Part shown: positions 1 through 9,044 of the stretch, one piece after another
Layout of the letters: each line of letters begins with the position of its first letter
Numbering within the stretch: position 1 is the stretch's first letter
DNA from: Opitutaceae bacterium
Lineage (GTDB): Bacteria; Verrucomicrobiota; Verrucomicrobiia; Opitutales; Opitutaceae
Length of the DNA stretch: 64,000 nt
Direction of reading: 5' to 3'
Assembly (NCBI GenBank): GCA_047602505.1
Contig: JASGHD010000001.1
Span: forward strand, 2,911,929 to 2,975,928
Program-made: the position numbers and the translations under genes
The notes under the pieces: model-generated
What the model saw: only the letters and a program-made list of their open reading frames with translations
What the model was told of the DNA's origin: nothing
The model's database searches: none

Positions 1-1
1 C

Positions 2-3000
2 GGTCTCGCCTCCACCCAAGTCGCCGCGCTCGCCACGACCCAGCTCGCCGCCCTCGCGCCCGATGCGCTCGCCGGGTTCGCGGCCGAGGATCTGGCCGCT
101 CTCTCCACTGCGCAGCTCACCGCGTTCACCGCCGCGCAATTCGGCGCGCTCACCGAAACGCAGGTCGCCGTCCTTGCACCCGCGCAGATCGCCGCTCTCA
201 CCGCCACCCAGCTCGCCGGCATGGACAGCACGCAGGTCGCCGCCCTCTCCGCCGCCCAGCTCGCCCAGCTTTCGCCCGAGCAACTCACGCTGCTCTCGCT
301 CGCCGGCCTCGACGGCTTCACCCCCGCCAAGATCGCCGCGCTCTCCAGCGCCCAGCTCGGGGCGCTCGGCGCCACGCATCTCGCCAGCCTCGCCGCCACG
401 CAGGTTGCCGCGCTCGCCGCCGCCCAGCTCGCCGCCCTCTCCACCACCCAGCTTAACCAACTTTCTGAGACGGGCATCGCCGCCTTCACCGCCACCCAGA
501 TTGCCGCGCTCACCACCACCCAGCTCGCAGGCTTCTCCACCACGCAGCTCGCCGGCCTCACCGCGGAAGAAGTCGCGGCGCTCGGCGCCACGCAACTCGC
601 CACGCTCTCCACGCGCCAGCTCGCCGCCCTCTCCACCACCGCGGTCGCGGGCCTCACCGCCACGAGTTTCGCCGCCCTCTCGGCCACGCAGCTCGCCGCC
701 TTCAGCTCGACCCAGTTCGGCGCCCTCACCACCGCACAGCTCGCCTCCCTCGCTCCCACCCAGCTCGCCACCCTCGCCGCCACCGAGCTGCGCGGCCTCA
801 CCGAGACGCAGACCGCCGCCCTCTCCACCACCCAGCTCGCCGCCCTCTCGGCCACACAGTTCGCCGCGCTCTCCACGATCGCCATCGCCGGCCTCACCGC
901 CACCCAGCTCGCCGCCCTCTCCACCACCCAGCTCAAAGGCCTCGCCGTCACCGGCCTGGCCGCTCTCACCACGCGCCAGCTCGCCGCCCTCGCCGGCCCG
1001 CAGCTCGCCAGCCTCTCCACGACTCAGCTCCGCGGCCTCACCGCCACCCAGGTCGGTGCGCTCGGTGCCACGCAACTCGCCGCTTTGGGCACGACTCAGG
1101 TCGCCGCCCTCACCGCCACCCAGTTGCAAGGCCTTTCGAGCAACGGCGTCGCCGCGCTGGCGCCCACGCAACTTGCCGCCCTGGCCACGACGCAGCTCGC
1201 CGCTCTCACCACGACCGGCCTCGCCGGGCTCGGCACCGCCGAGCTCGCCGCGCTCTCCACGCGCCAGCTCGCGGCGTTCACCGCCACGCAGTTCGGCGCG
1301 CTCTCGGCCGAGCAACTCGCGGCCCTGAACATCACCCAGATCCGCGTGCTCACCGCCACCGAGATCGCCGGCCTCACCTCGACTCAGCTCGGCAGCCTCG
1401 CGGCCACGCAACTCGCCGCGTTCACCACCACGCAGCTCGCCGCCCTTTCCGCCACCGGCATCAAAGGCCTCACCGCCACCCAGCTCGCCGCCTTCGCGGG
1501 CACCCAGCTGGGCGCGCTCACCGCCGCCGAGTTCGCCGCCCTCTCCACCACCCAGGTCAGCCAGTTGACGGCCACGCAACTCGCCGCCCTCTCCACTACT
1601 CAACTACGCGGTCTGACCACCACCGGGCTCAGCGCCCTCACCGCCACACAATTCGCCGCGCTCTCCACCACCCAGCTCGCGAATCTCTCGCTCGCCCAAT
1701 TCCGCGGTCTCACCAGTGCCGCCGTGGCCGCGCTTTCGACCGCCCAGCTCGCCGCCCTCTCCACCACCCAGCTCGCCAGCCTCTCGACCGCCGCCGTCAC
1801 CGGCCTCTCCGCGACCGATTTTGCGGCGCTCACCGCCCGCCAGCTCGGCGCGTTCACGGCCACGCAGCTCGCCGCCCTCTCCACCGCACAGGTCTCCACG
1901 CTCGACGGCGAACTGCTCGCCGCGTTCACCACCACACAGGTGCGCGGCCTCGTCGACACCCAAGTCGGCGCGCTCAGCACGACACAGCTCGCCGCGCTCA
2001 CGACCAGCCAGCTCGCTTCGCTCTCCACCGGCGGCGCCTCCGGCCTCACCGCCACCCAGCTCACCTCGCTGAGCACCACGCAACTCGGCGCCCTCGCCGC
2101 CACCGAGATCGAGTCCCTTGCCACCGGCGCGCTTGCCGGCCTCTCGACCACCACGCTCGCGGCGTTCACCCGCACCCAGTTCGCCAGCCTCGCGGCCACC
2201 GGGCTCGCGGCGCTCTCCACCACGCAGATCGCCGGCCTCGGCACCGCGCAACTCGAGGTCTTGTCCGCCACCGGCCTAGCCGGCCTCACCTCCCGGCAGG
2301 TTGCCGCCCTCGGGTCGACCCAGCTCGCCACCCTCACCGCCGCGCAACTCGCCGCCCTCTCCACCACCGGATTGCGCGGCCTCACGGCCGCCCAGATCGC
2401 CACGCTCACGACCACGCAACTCGTCGCCCTCGGCGCCGAAGGCGCGGCCGCCCTCTCCGCCACCGCCGTCTCCGGCCTGTCCGCCACCCAGCTCGCATCC
2501 CTCACCACCGCGCAGTTCGTCAGCCTCTCGGCCGACGGCATCTCCGGTCTCGGCACCGCGGAATTCGCGGGCCTGAGCGCCACCCAGCTCGCGTTGCTCA
2601 ACGCCACCGAGCTCGGCGGCCTCACCGCCGCGCAGCTCGCCGCCCTCGCCACGGCCAAATTCGAGACGTTCTCCCCCGACCAACTTTCGCTCCTCTCGAC
2701 TTCCGCCATCTCCGGCCTCACCGCCGCGCAGCTCGCCGCCCTCAACGAGACGCGCCTGGCCGCCCTCGGCTCGACCCAGCTCGCCGCCCTCACCACCGCG
2801 CAGATCGGCCAGCTCACGGCCACCCAGATCGCCGAGCTGGATACCGCGCAGATCGCCGGCTTGGTGCGCCCGCAACTCCGCGCCCTCGGCGCCGAGCAGT
2901 TCGCGGCACTTTCCACCACGCAGATCGCCGCCCTCTCCGGCGCGCAGTTCGCCAACCTCACCTCGACCGAGCTGCGCGCCCTCAGCTCCGCCCAGCTCGG

Positions 3001-3200
3001 CGCCGTCACCGCGGCGCAGCTCGGTGCGCTCGCCGGCCCGCAATTCGGTGCCTTCACCACCACGCAGCTCGACCAGCTCGCGGCCACGCAGCTCACCGAG
3101 ATCACCACGACCACCGTCCAGGCGCTCGAAACAACCACCGTCGCCGCGCTCACCGTGCATCTGCTCGAGTCGCTCACCGCCACCCAGCTCGGCGCGTTCA
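2..3200. repeat. Tandem 24-bp DNA repeat array (minisatellite-like) that encodes the octapeptide repeats.
   Basis: Units like ctcgccgccctctccaccacccag recur with small variations over about 3.2 kb. Confidence 0.7.
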
Positions 3201-3265
3201 CCGGCGATCAGCTCGCGGTGCTCTCGCCCGCGCAGCTCGCCGCCTACCAGAACGCGCGCGCCTGA
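2..3265 (+). CDS. Octapeptide-repeat protein, 5' partial. About 125 tandem copies of (S/T)(T/A)TQ(L/F)(A/G)AL; probably a secreted or surface low-complexity protein.
   Basis: The frame is open from the window start and is the same frame as the listed ORF 221..3265. Units such as STTQLAAL, SATQFAAL, TATQLAAL, STTQLKGL and TTRQLAAL give an 8-residue periodicity. The C-terminus is non-repetitive (…LTVHLLESLTATQLGAFTGDQLAVLSPAQLAAYQNARA). The opposite-strand and off-frame ORFs here are repeat artefacts. Confidence 0.6.
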   Translation, partial: GLASTQVAALATTQLAALAPDALAGFAAEDLAALSTAQLTAFTAAQFGALTETQVAVLAPAQIAALTATQLAGMDSTQVAALSAAQLAQLSPEQLTLLSLAGLDGFTPAKIAALSSAQLGALGATHLASLAATQVAALAAAQLAALSTTQLNQLSETGIAAFTATQIAALTTTQLAGFSTTQLAGLTAEEVAALGATQLATLSTRQLAALSTTAVAGLTATSFAALSATQLAAFSSTQFGALTTAQLASLAPTQLATLAATELRGLTETQTAALSTTQLAALSATQFAALSTIAIAGLTATQLAALSTTQLKGLAVTGLAALTTRQLAALAGPQLASLSTTQLRGLTATQVGALGATQLAALGTTQVAALTATQLQGLSSNGVAALAPTQLAALATTQLAALTTTGLAGLGTAELAALSTRQLAAFTATQFGALSAEQLAALNITQIRVLTATEIAGLTSTQLGSLAATQLAAFTTTQLAALSATGIKGLTATQLAAFAGTQLGALTAAEFAALSTTQVSQLTATQLAALSTTQLRGLTTTGLSALTATQFAALSTTQLANLSLAQFRGLTSAAVAALSTAQLAALSTTQLASLSTAAVTGLSATDFAALTARQLGAFTATQLAALSTAQVSTLDGELLAAFTTTQVRGLVDTQVGALSTTQLAALTTSQLASLSTGGASGLTATQLTSLSTTQLGALAATEIESLATGALAGLSTTTLAAFTRTQFASLAATGLAALSTTQIAGLGTAQLEVLSATGLAGLTSRQVAALGSTQLATLTAAQLAALSTTGLRGLTAAQIATLTTTQLVALGAEGAAALSATAVSGLSATQLASLTTAQFVSLSADGISGLGTAEFAGLSATQLALLNATELGGLTAAQLAALATAKFETFSPDQLSLLSTSAISGLTAAQLAALNETRLAALGSTQLAALTTAQIGQLTATQIAELDTAQIAGLVRPQLRALGAEQFAALSTTQIAALSGAQFANLTSTELRALSSAQLGAVTAAQLGALAGPQFGAFTTTQLDQLAATQLTEITTTTVQALETTTVAALTVHLLESLTATQLGAFTGDQLAVLSPAQLAAYQNARA

Positions 3266-3314
3266 ACCCGCCACCCGCTGAGCCAGCCCGGCCGCCGCGC
3301 GCCCACTTTCCGTC

Positions 3315-5318
3315 ATGTCCCCCGTTTCACCGCCCTCCGCGCTCCTCCAGACGATGGCCCCCGGCTTCGGCGTCACCGAGCTCATCCGAACCGCGGATAC
3401 ACTCAGGCAGACCGGCCGGGCCGCCGCCATCGAGCCGCTCTACGCCACCTGGATCGCGCGCAACTCCACCCACCCGCTCCTCTACGCCATCCTCTTCAAC
3501 TACTCGGTCACCCTCTCCGACGCCGGCAAACTCGACGCCGCCCGCACCGCCCTCGAGCACGCCCTCGCGCTCAACGCCGACTTCCTGCCCGCCCACATCA
3601 ACCTCGGGCGGCTCTATGAACGCCTCGGCATGGTCGGCCTCGCGCTCGTCCAGTGGTCCGCCGTGAGCACCAAGCTCGCCGCCGTCAACGGCCCCGCCAT
3701 CGCGCACAAGACGATGGCGCTCAACCAGAGCGCCCGCGCGCTCGAGGCCGCCGCCCAGGATGAGCCCGCCGAGGATCTCCTCCGCCAGAGCCTCGAGATC
3801 GACCCGCGCCAGCACGAGGTCGCGCAACACTTCCTCGCCCTGCGCCAACGGCAGTGCAAATGGCCCGTCGTGGTTCCGTGGGAACGCGTCGACCGCGAGA
3901 CCCTCCTGCGCGGCATGTCCCCCCTCTCGTTCGCCGCCTACACCGACGACCCGCTGCTCCAGCTCGCCGCCGCCGCGCACTACAACCGCACCGAGATCGG
4001 CGCGCCCGCCTCGCCACCGCCGGCGCTCGATCGCGCCCGCGCGAGCGGCCCGCGTCTGCGCCTCGGCTACGTCTGCTCGGATTTCCGTGAACACGCGCTC
4101 GGCTACCTCCTCACCGAGGTGCTCGGCCTCCACGACCGCGCCCGGGTCGAGGTTTTTGCCTACTACTGCGGCCCCGAGGCCGCCGACCCGCTCCACGCGC
4201 AGTTCCAGACCACCGCCGATCACTGGGTGCCGATCACCGCGCTCGACGATGCCACCGCCGCCGCGCGCATCGCGGCCGACGGCATCCAGATTCTCGTCGA
4301 TCTCAACGGCTACACCCGCGAAGCCCGCGTGAAACTCTTCGCGCTCCGCCCCGCGCCGGTGCTCGTCAACTGGCTCGGCTACCCCGGCACGATGGCGAGC
4401 CCGTATCACCACTACGTCATCGCCGACGACTGGATCGTCCCGCCCGAGCACGAGCTCTACTTCTCCGAGCGCGTGCTCCGCCTGCCGTGCTACCAGCCCA
4501 GCGCGCGCACCCGCACGGTCGCGCCCGAGCCGCCCACGCGCGCCACCGCCGGCCTGCCGGACGACGCGATCGTCTACTGCTGCTTCAACGGCGCGCACAA
4601 GATCACCCGTTTCACGCTCGACCGCTGGCTCTCCATCCTCGAACGCGTGCCGCGCAGCGTGCTCTGGCTGCTCGGCAGTTCCGACGCCGCACAGGAACGC
4701 CTCCGCTCCCACGCCGCGCGCCGCGGGCTCGATCCGCAACGCCTCGTCTTCGCCCCGAAGCTCGCCAACCCGCACCACCTCGCGCGCTACCCGCTCGCCG
4801 ACCTCTTCCTCGACACCACGCCCTACGGCGCGCACACCACCGCCTCCGACGCACTCTGGATGGGCGTGCCCGTGCTCACGCTCAGCGGTCGCTCCTTCGC
4901 CTCGCGCGTCTGCGGCAGCCTCGTGCGCGCCGCGGGCCTGCCCGAACTCGCCTGCACCCACGCGCTCACGTTCCTCGCCACCGCCGTCGATCTCGGCCTG
5001 CACCCGGAAAAACTCCGCGCGCTCCGCGCCCGGCTCGCCGCCAACCGCGACACCTGCACGCTCTTCGACATGCCGCAGCTCGTCGCCCGCCTCGAGGATC
5101 TCTACGCCGAGATGTGGGCCGCTTGTGAAGCCGGACGCCTCCCGCAGCCCGATCTCGCCAACCTCGACGTCTACCTCGAAGTCGGCGCTCAGCTCGACCA
5201 CGAGGAGATCGATGTGCAGGCGATCGACGACTACCACCAGTTCTGGCGCGAACGGCTCCTCCGCCGCCACGCCTTCCGCCCGCTCTCTCCCGACCGCCGT
5301 CTGGTCGACTTCGCCTGA
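3315..5318 (+). CDS. TPR-repeat glycosyltransferase of the O-GlcNAc transferase (GT41/SPINDLY-like) family.
   Basis: The N-terminal half is TPR-like. The C-terminal half carries the OGT catalytic-domain hallmarks: LRLGYVCSDFREHALGYLL, ILVDLNGYT, VLVNWLGYPGT, YCCFNGAHKITRFTLDRW, LFLDTTPYGAHTTASDALWMGVPVLTLSG. Confidence 0.8.
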   Translation: MSPVSPPSALLQTMAPGFGVTELIRTADTLRQTGRAAAIEPLYATWIARNSTHPLLYAILFNYSVTLSDAGKLDAARTALEHALALNADFLPAHINLGRLYERLGMVGLALVQWSAVSTKLAAVNGPAIAHKTMALNQSARALEAAAQDEPAEDLLRQSLEIDPRQHEVAQHFLALRQRQCKWPVVVPWERVDRETLLRGMSPLSFAAYTDDPLLQLAAAAHYNRTEIGAPASPPPALDRARASGPRLRLGYVCSDFREHALGYLLTEVLGLHDRARVEVFAYYCGPEAADPLHAQFQTTADHWVPITALDDATAAARIAADGIQILVDLNGYTREARVKLFALRPAPVLVNWLGYPGTMASPYHHYVIADDWIVPPEHELYFSERVLRLPCYQPSARTRTVAPEPPTRATAGLPDDAIVYCCFNGAHKITRFTLDRWLSILERVPRSVLWLLGSSDAAQERLRSHAARRGLDPQRLVFAPKLANPHHLARYPLADLFLDTTPYGAHTTASDALWMGVPVLTLSGRSFASRVCGSLVRAAGLPELACTHALTFLATAVDLGLHPEKLRALRARLAANRDTCTLFDMPQLVARLEDLYAEMWAACEAGRLPQPDLANLDVYLEVGAQLDHEEIDVQAIDDYHQFWRERLLRRHAFRPLSPDRRLVDFA

Positions 5319-5360
5319 CCGTCCGCTGGGTGGGGCGGGACCGCCGGGTCTGCCGTTCAC

Positions 5361-5383
5361 CATGTCAACTATTGGTTGACCTG
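5361..5383. repeat. Palindromic element copy 1 (CATGTCAACTATTGGTTGACcTG; right arm slightly degenerate).
   Basis: A 9-bp inverted repeat around a 5-nt loop. It lies between the convergent 3' ends of the OGT-like gene and cysJ. Confidence 0.6.
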
Positions 5384-5471
5384 CTGCCGTTTCGCTCCCC
5401 GCCAACGCGGTTGTCTCAGCCGCGCCCGCGAGCCGCATGGCCGCTCGCGCAAGCGGCGCTCCCCCTCCGCT

Positions 5472-7187
5472 TCAATACACGTCGCGCTGGTAGCGCCGGC
5501 TGGCGACGAGCGCATCGACATACTCCGCGGCCGCCTCCGGCGAGCGCCCGCCGGCAGTCGCGACAATCTTCAGCAACGCGGCGTGCACGTCCTTCGCCAT
5601 GCGGCTTGCGTCGCCGCACACATACACGTGCGCGCCAGCCTCGAGCCACGCCCACAGCTCCGCGGCCTGCGCGAGCATCCGGTGCTGCACGTAGACCTTC
5701 TCGTTCTGGTCGCGCGACCACGCGAGATCGAGCCGAGTGAGCAACCCGTCCGCGCGCCACGCGAGCAACTCGTCGCGATAGAGGAAATCGGCCGCCTCGC
5801 GCTGGTCGCCGAAGAAGAGCCAGTTGCGCCCCGCCGCCCCGGTCGCGCGGCGCTCGCCGAGAAACGCGCGGAACGGCGCGATGCCCGTGCCCGGCCCGAT
5901 CATGATCACCGGGGTGGCCCCATCGGCGGGGAGACGGAAGCCGCGGTTCGTGTGCACGTACACGCCGGCCGAGCCGATGTTGAGCGCGCGGTCGGCCAGG
6001 AACGTCGAGGCCACGCCGTGCCGCCGCCGGCCGTGCAGCTCGTAGCGCACGGCGCCGACGGTCAGGTGCACCTGGCCCGGAAACGCCTTGGGCGAGGAGG
6101 AGATTGAATACAACCGCGGTTGCAGCGGCCGCAGGAGCCGCACGAACTCGCCGGGCGCCAGCCGCTTCGCTCCCGGCGCACTGACAGCGTCGATCACATG
6201 GTGCAGCACCGCTGCCGGCGCCAGACCACACGCGGCGAGCAGCTCCGGCGTCGGTTTCCCCAGATCGAAATTGCGCACCAGCGCCGTGCGCAGTGGCAAC
6301 TCGCCGGCGGGCGTGGGCACCGGCTCCTCGCCATCGCACCCCAGCGCCGCCGCGACGGTGTCGGCCAACGCGGGATCGTTGAGCGGCACCAGTCCGAGTG
6401 CGTCGCCCGCTTCGTAGGTGATCCCTGAATCCGCGAGCGAAAACTCGACATGGTTCACCTCCTTTTCCGAGCCGGACCCGCTCAACCGGCGCACCGCGAG
6501 CAGCGGAGCAGGGAAGGGACGCGCGCGGCTGTAGGCGGGCTCGCTCCCCGGCTCCGCGGGCGCGGCCGCCGGGGTTGTCGATGGATTGGCCGGCGTGTCC
6601 CCGGCGAGCACGCCTAGGGCGGCGCCGAGCCACGCCTCGAATTTTGCGCTGTCACCCGCCTCGCACTCGGCGACCGGCAACAGCCGCTTCGCCCCGAGCG
6701 CGCCGAGCCGCTCGTCGAACTCCTTCCCGCACTGGCAGAACTTCGCGTAGTTGCGGTCGCCGAGCGCGCACACGGCGAAGGTGAGCTGCTCGAACCGCGG
6801 GGCCCCGGCGCGGGCGAGCGCGGCGTGCAGGACCTTCGCGTTGTCGGGCGGCTCGCCGTCGCCATACGTGCTCGTGATCACGAGCACGGTCGTCTCCTGC
6901 GCGAGTGCGGCGAGCGCGACTTCGCCCATGTCGCGCACGGTCGGCGCGAACCCGCGTTTCTTCGCTTCCTTGGCAAACTTCTTCGCGAGCCCTTCACACG
7001 TGCCGGTCTGCGATCCGTAGACGACGAGCAGCGTCTTCGCCGGCGCGGGCGGGGCGGCGGGCGCGGGCGGCGCCCCGGTCGCGATTTCCTGGCGACTGTA
7101 GAGGCCGGCGAGGAAGCCGTTGAGCCACGCGCGTTGCTCGGGTGTGAACGGTGCGGTTTCGGGCAGACAGGGGGCGGCGACGGTCAT
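5472..7187 (-). CDS. cysJ: Sulfite reductase [NADPH] flavoprotein alpha subunit, CysJ-like (flavodoxin + FAD/NADPH oxidoreductase).
   Basis: Flavodoxin-like stretch LLVVYGSQTGTCEGLAKKFAKEAKK…VITSTYGDGEPPDN. FAD motif RLYSISSSPK. NADPH motif GPGTGIAPFRAF. C-terminal YVCGDASRMAKDV…YQRDVY. Confidence 0.8.
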   Translation of the reverse strand: MTVAAPCLPETAPFTPEQRAWLNGFLAGLYSRQEIATGAPPAPAAPPAPAKTLLVVYGSQTGTCEGLAKKFAKEAKKRGFAPTVRDMGEVALAALAQETTVLVITSTYGDGEPPDNAKVLHAALARAGAPRFEQLTFAVCALGDRNYAKFCQCGKEFDERLGALGAKRLLPVAECEAGDSAKFEAWLGAALGVLAGDTPANPSTTPAAAPAEPGSEPAYSRARPFPAPLLAVRRLSGSGSEKEVNHVEFSLADSGITYEAGDALGLVPLNDPALADTVAAALGCDGEEPVPTPAGELPLRTALVRNFDLGKPTPELLAACGLAPAAVLHHVIDAVSAPGAKRLAPGEFVRLLRPLQPRLYSISSSPKAFPGQVHLTVGAVRYELHGRRRHGVASTFLADRALNIGSAGVYVHTNRGFRLPADGATPVIMIGPGTGIAPFRAFLGERRATGAAGRNWLFFGDQREAADFLYRDELLAWRADGLLTRLDLAWSRDQNEKVYVQHRMLAQAAELWAWLEAGAHVYVCGDASRMAKDVHAALLKIVATAGGRSPEAAAEYVDALVASRRYQRDVY

Positions 7188-7208
7188 GGCGGAAACAGTT
7201 CGATGGTT

Positions 7209-9020
7209 TCAGGAAAACAGCTCCTGCAGCTCGCCCACGGAGTGGCGGCGCGCCCACAGCACGAAGGTCTCGCCCGGCTCGTGGCGCTGTTGGTAGGTGG
7301 CGAGGATCTTCGCCACCAACGCGGGCAACTCCGCGGCGTCGACCCCGCGGAAAATCTCGCGCGCGATGCCCTGCTCGGGGCCCATGCCGCCGCCGAGCAC
7401 CACGTGGTAGCCCTCGCGGCCGTCGGCGAGCTTCACGCCCACGCCGCCGATGTCGCCACAGTAGTGTTGCGCGCAGGAGTTCGGGCAGCCGGTGAGGTGG
7501 ATGTTCACCGGGAAATCGGTCGTGAGGCCCTGCGCGGCGAGATGTTTGGCGACGGCGGCGGCGTGGCCCTTTGTGTCGGCCGCGGCGTACTTGCAGCCCT
7601 TGCTGCCGGTGCACGCGACGAGGCAGCCGGTCGTGTTGCCCGGATCCGTGAAGAGCCCGGCGGAGCGCAACGCCCGCTCGACCGTGCCGACGTACGCGTC
7701 CGGCACGTGCGGGATGAGCAGATTCTGCCACACGGTGAGCCGCACCTCGCCCTGGCCGTAGTGCTCCGCCACATCCGCGATCCGCCGCAGTTGCCGCGCG
7801 CTCAACCGCCCGACCGGCACGCCGACGCCGATGTAGTTCAGGTGCGACTGGCTCTGCCGGCCGACGCCGAGGTGCGCGTGCTTGACCGGTGGATGCCGCG
7901 CCTCGCACCCCTCGGGCGCGAGGCGGCGCAGCGGGAACGCGAGCTTGCGTTCCGTCTCGGCGAGAAACTTCTCCACGCCCCATTTGCCGAGCAGATATTT
8001 GAGCCTCGCCTTCTTGCGGTCGGTGCGGTCGCCGTTCTCGCGGAACACATGGAGCATCGCCGCCGCGACCGGCACGAGTTCGTCGGCAGAGAGCAGCAGG
8101 CCCGTGTCGCGCGCGAAATCGCCGTGGCCGGTGATCCCGCCGAGCTGCACGCGGAAGTACACGCCCGGCGCGAGCCCGTCGGCCGCGCCGCCGAGCTTAG
8201 CGAGCGAGGCGGGCGTGACGCGCACGGCGAAGAAGCCGATGTCGTTCGTGTCGGCGGCGGACGAGATCGCGCCGCCCGAGTCGAAGGCGATGTTGAACTT
8301 CCGTGGGAGCCCGAAGAGATCGCGGTGGTTGAGGATGTAGTGGTGCAGCGCGCGCGCGTACGGCCGCACATCGATGATCTCGGAGCGGTCGAAGCCGGAG
8401 GTCGGTGTCGCGGTGATGTTGCGCACGTTGTCCGCCCCGGCGCCGCGCGAGGTGAGCCCGAGATCCTGCAGGCGCGTGAGCACGTCGACGATCGTTTGCG
8501 GCTTCAGCTCCCGGAACTGCAGGTTGGCGCGCGTGGTGATGTCGGCGCCGCCGTTGCCCAGTTCCGCCAGGTCGGCGAGCCCGCGCAACTGCGCCGCGCG
8601 TAGCTCTCCGGCGGGTACACGGATGCGCAGCATGAAGCTGTTCTGCGTGGGCGCCACGTAGAACAGCCCGAAGAACTTGAAGCGGAAGGTGTCCGCCTCG
8701 TCGGGAAACTTCCCGGTCGCCGCGTGCGCGACGAGCTTGTCCCAGATGTCGAGGCCGTGCTGCTCGCGTTTCCACTTCTCCGGTTTCGAGAGCTCGGAGA
8801 GCGGCGTGCCGAAGACGGTCTCCTCCGGCGCCTCGGCGGCTGGGTCGGCGAGGTTCCCACCCGCGGCCGACGCCGGTTCGCCGGTGAGCCGACCGGCGGC
8901 ATCGCGACCGACAAACGGCAGCCCGCGTGCGGCGATCTCGCCGGCGAGAAACCCTTCGAGGAATTGTTTCTGCTCGGCGGTGAAGCCGGCGGATGGAGCG
9001 GCGAGAGTCGGTGCGGACAT
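7209..9020 (-). CDS. cysI: Sulfite/nitrite reductase haemoprotein beta subunit (CysI/NirA family; sirohaem-[4Fe-4S]).
   Basis: Nitrite/sulfite reductase ferredoxin-like half-domains and the cysteine cluster motif TGCPNSCAQHYCGDIGGVGVK. It sits directly upstream of the cysJ-like gene on the same strand. The substrate (sulfite or nitrite) cannot be decided from sequence alone. Confidence 0.75.
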   Translation of the reverse strand: MSAPTLAAPSAGFTAEQKQFLEGFLAGEIAARGLPFVGRDAAGRLTGEPASAAGGNLADPAAEAPEETVFGTPLSELSKPEKWKREQHGLDIWDKLVAHAATGKFPDEADTFRFKFFGLFYVAPTQNSFMLRIRVPAGELRAAQLRGLADLAELGNGGADITTRANLQFRELKPQTIVDVLTRLQDLGLTSRGAGADNVRNITATPTSGFDRSEIIDVRPYARALHHYILNHRDLFGLPRKFNIAFDSGGAISSAADTNDIGFFAVRVTPASLAKLGGAADGLAPGVYFRVQLGGITGHGDFARDTGLLLSADELVPVAAAMLHVFRENGDRTDRKKARLKYLLGKWGVEKFLAETERKLAFPLRRLAPEGCEARHPPVKHAHLGVGRQSQSHLNYIGVGVPVGRLSARQLRRIADVAEHYGQGEVRLTVWQNLLIPHVPDAYVGTVERALRSAGLFTDPGNTTGCLVACTGSKGCKYAAADTKGHAAAVAKHLAAQGLTTDFPVNIHLTGCPNSCAQHYCGDIGGVGVKLADGREGYHVVLGGGMGPEQGIAREIFRGVDAAELPALVAKILATYQQRHEPGETFVLWARRHSVGELQELFS

Positions 9021-9044
9021 GGCGGGAAGAGAAGGTTGCGCCGC

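Noticed and set aside
63-3430. Multiple long ORFs in other frames and on the opposite strand across the octapeptide-repeat region (63..1328 +, 1600..3201 -, 1604..2251 -, 2276..3430 -, and others).
   Set aside because: Their products are Pro/Ser/Arg- or Gly/Glu-rich low-complexity strings generated by reading the 24-bp GC-rich repeat in alternative frames. Only the QLAAL frame shows a consistent protein-like pattern.
3327-5438. 703-aa ORF antisense to the OGT-like gene.
   Set aside because: Gly/Arg/Glu-rich composition typical of antisense frames in high-GC DNA. The sense frame has clear GT41 motifs.
6825-8603. 592-aa plus-strand ORF overlapping the cysI-like gene.
   Set aside because: Antisense artefact, Arg/Gly/Ala-rich with no motifs. 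The minus-strand reductase frame is well supported.
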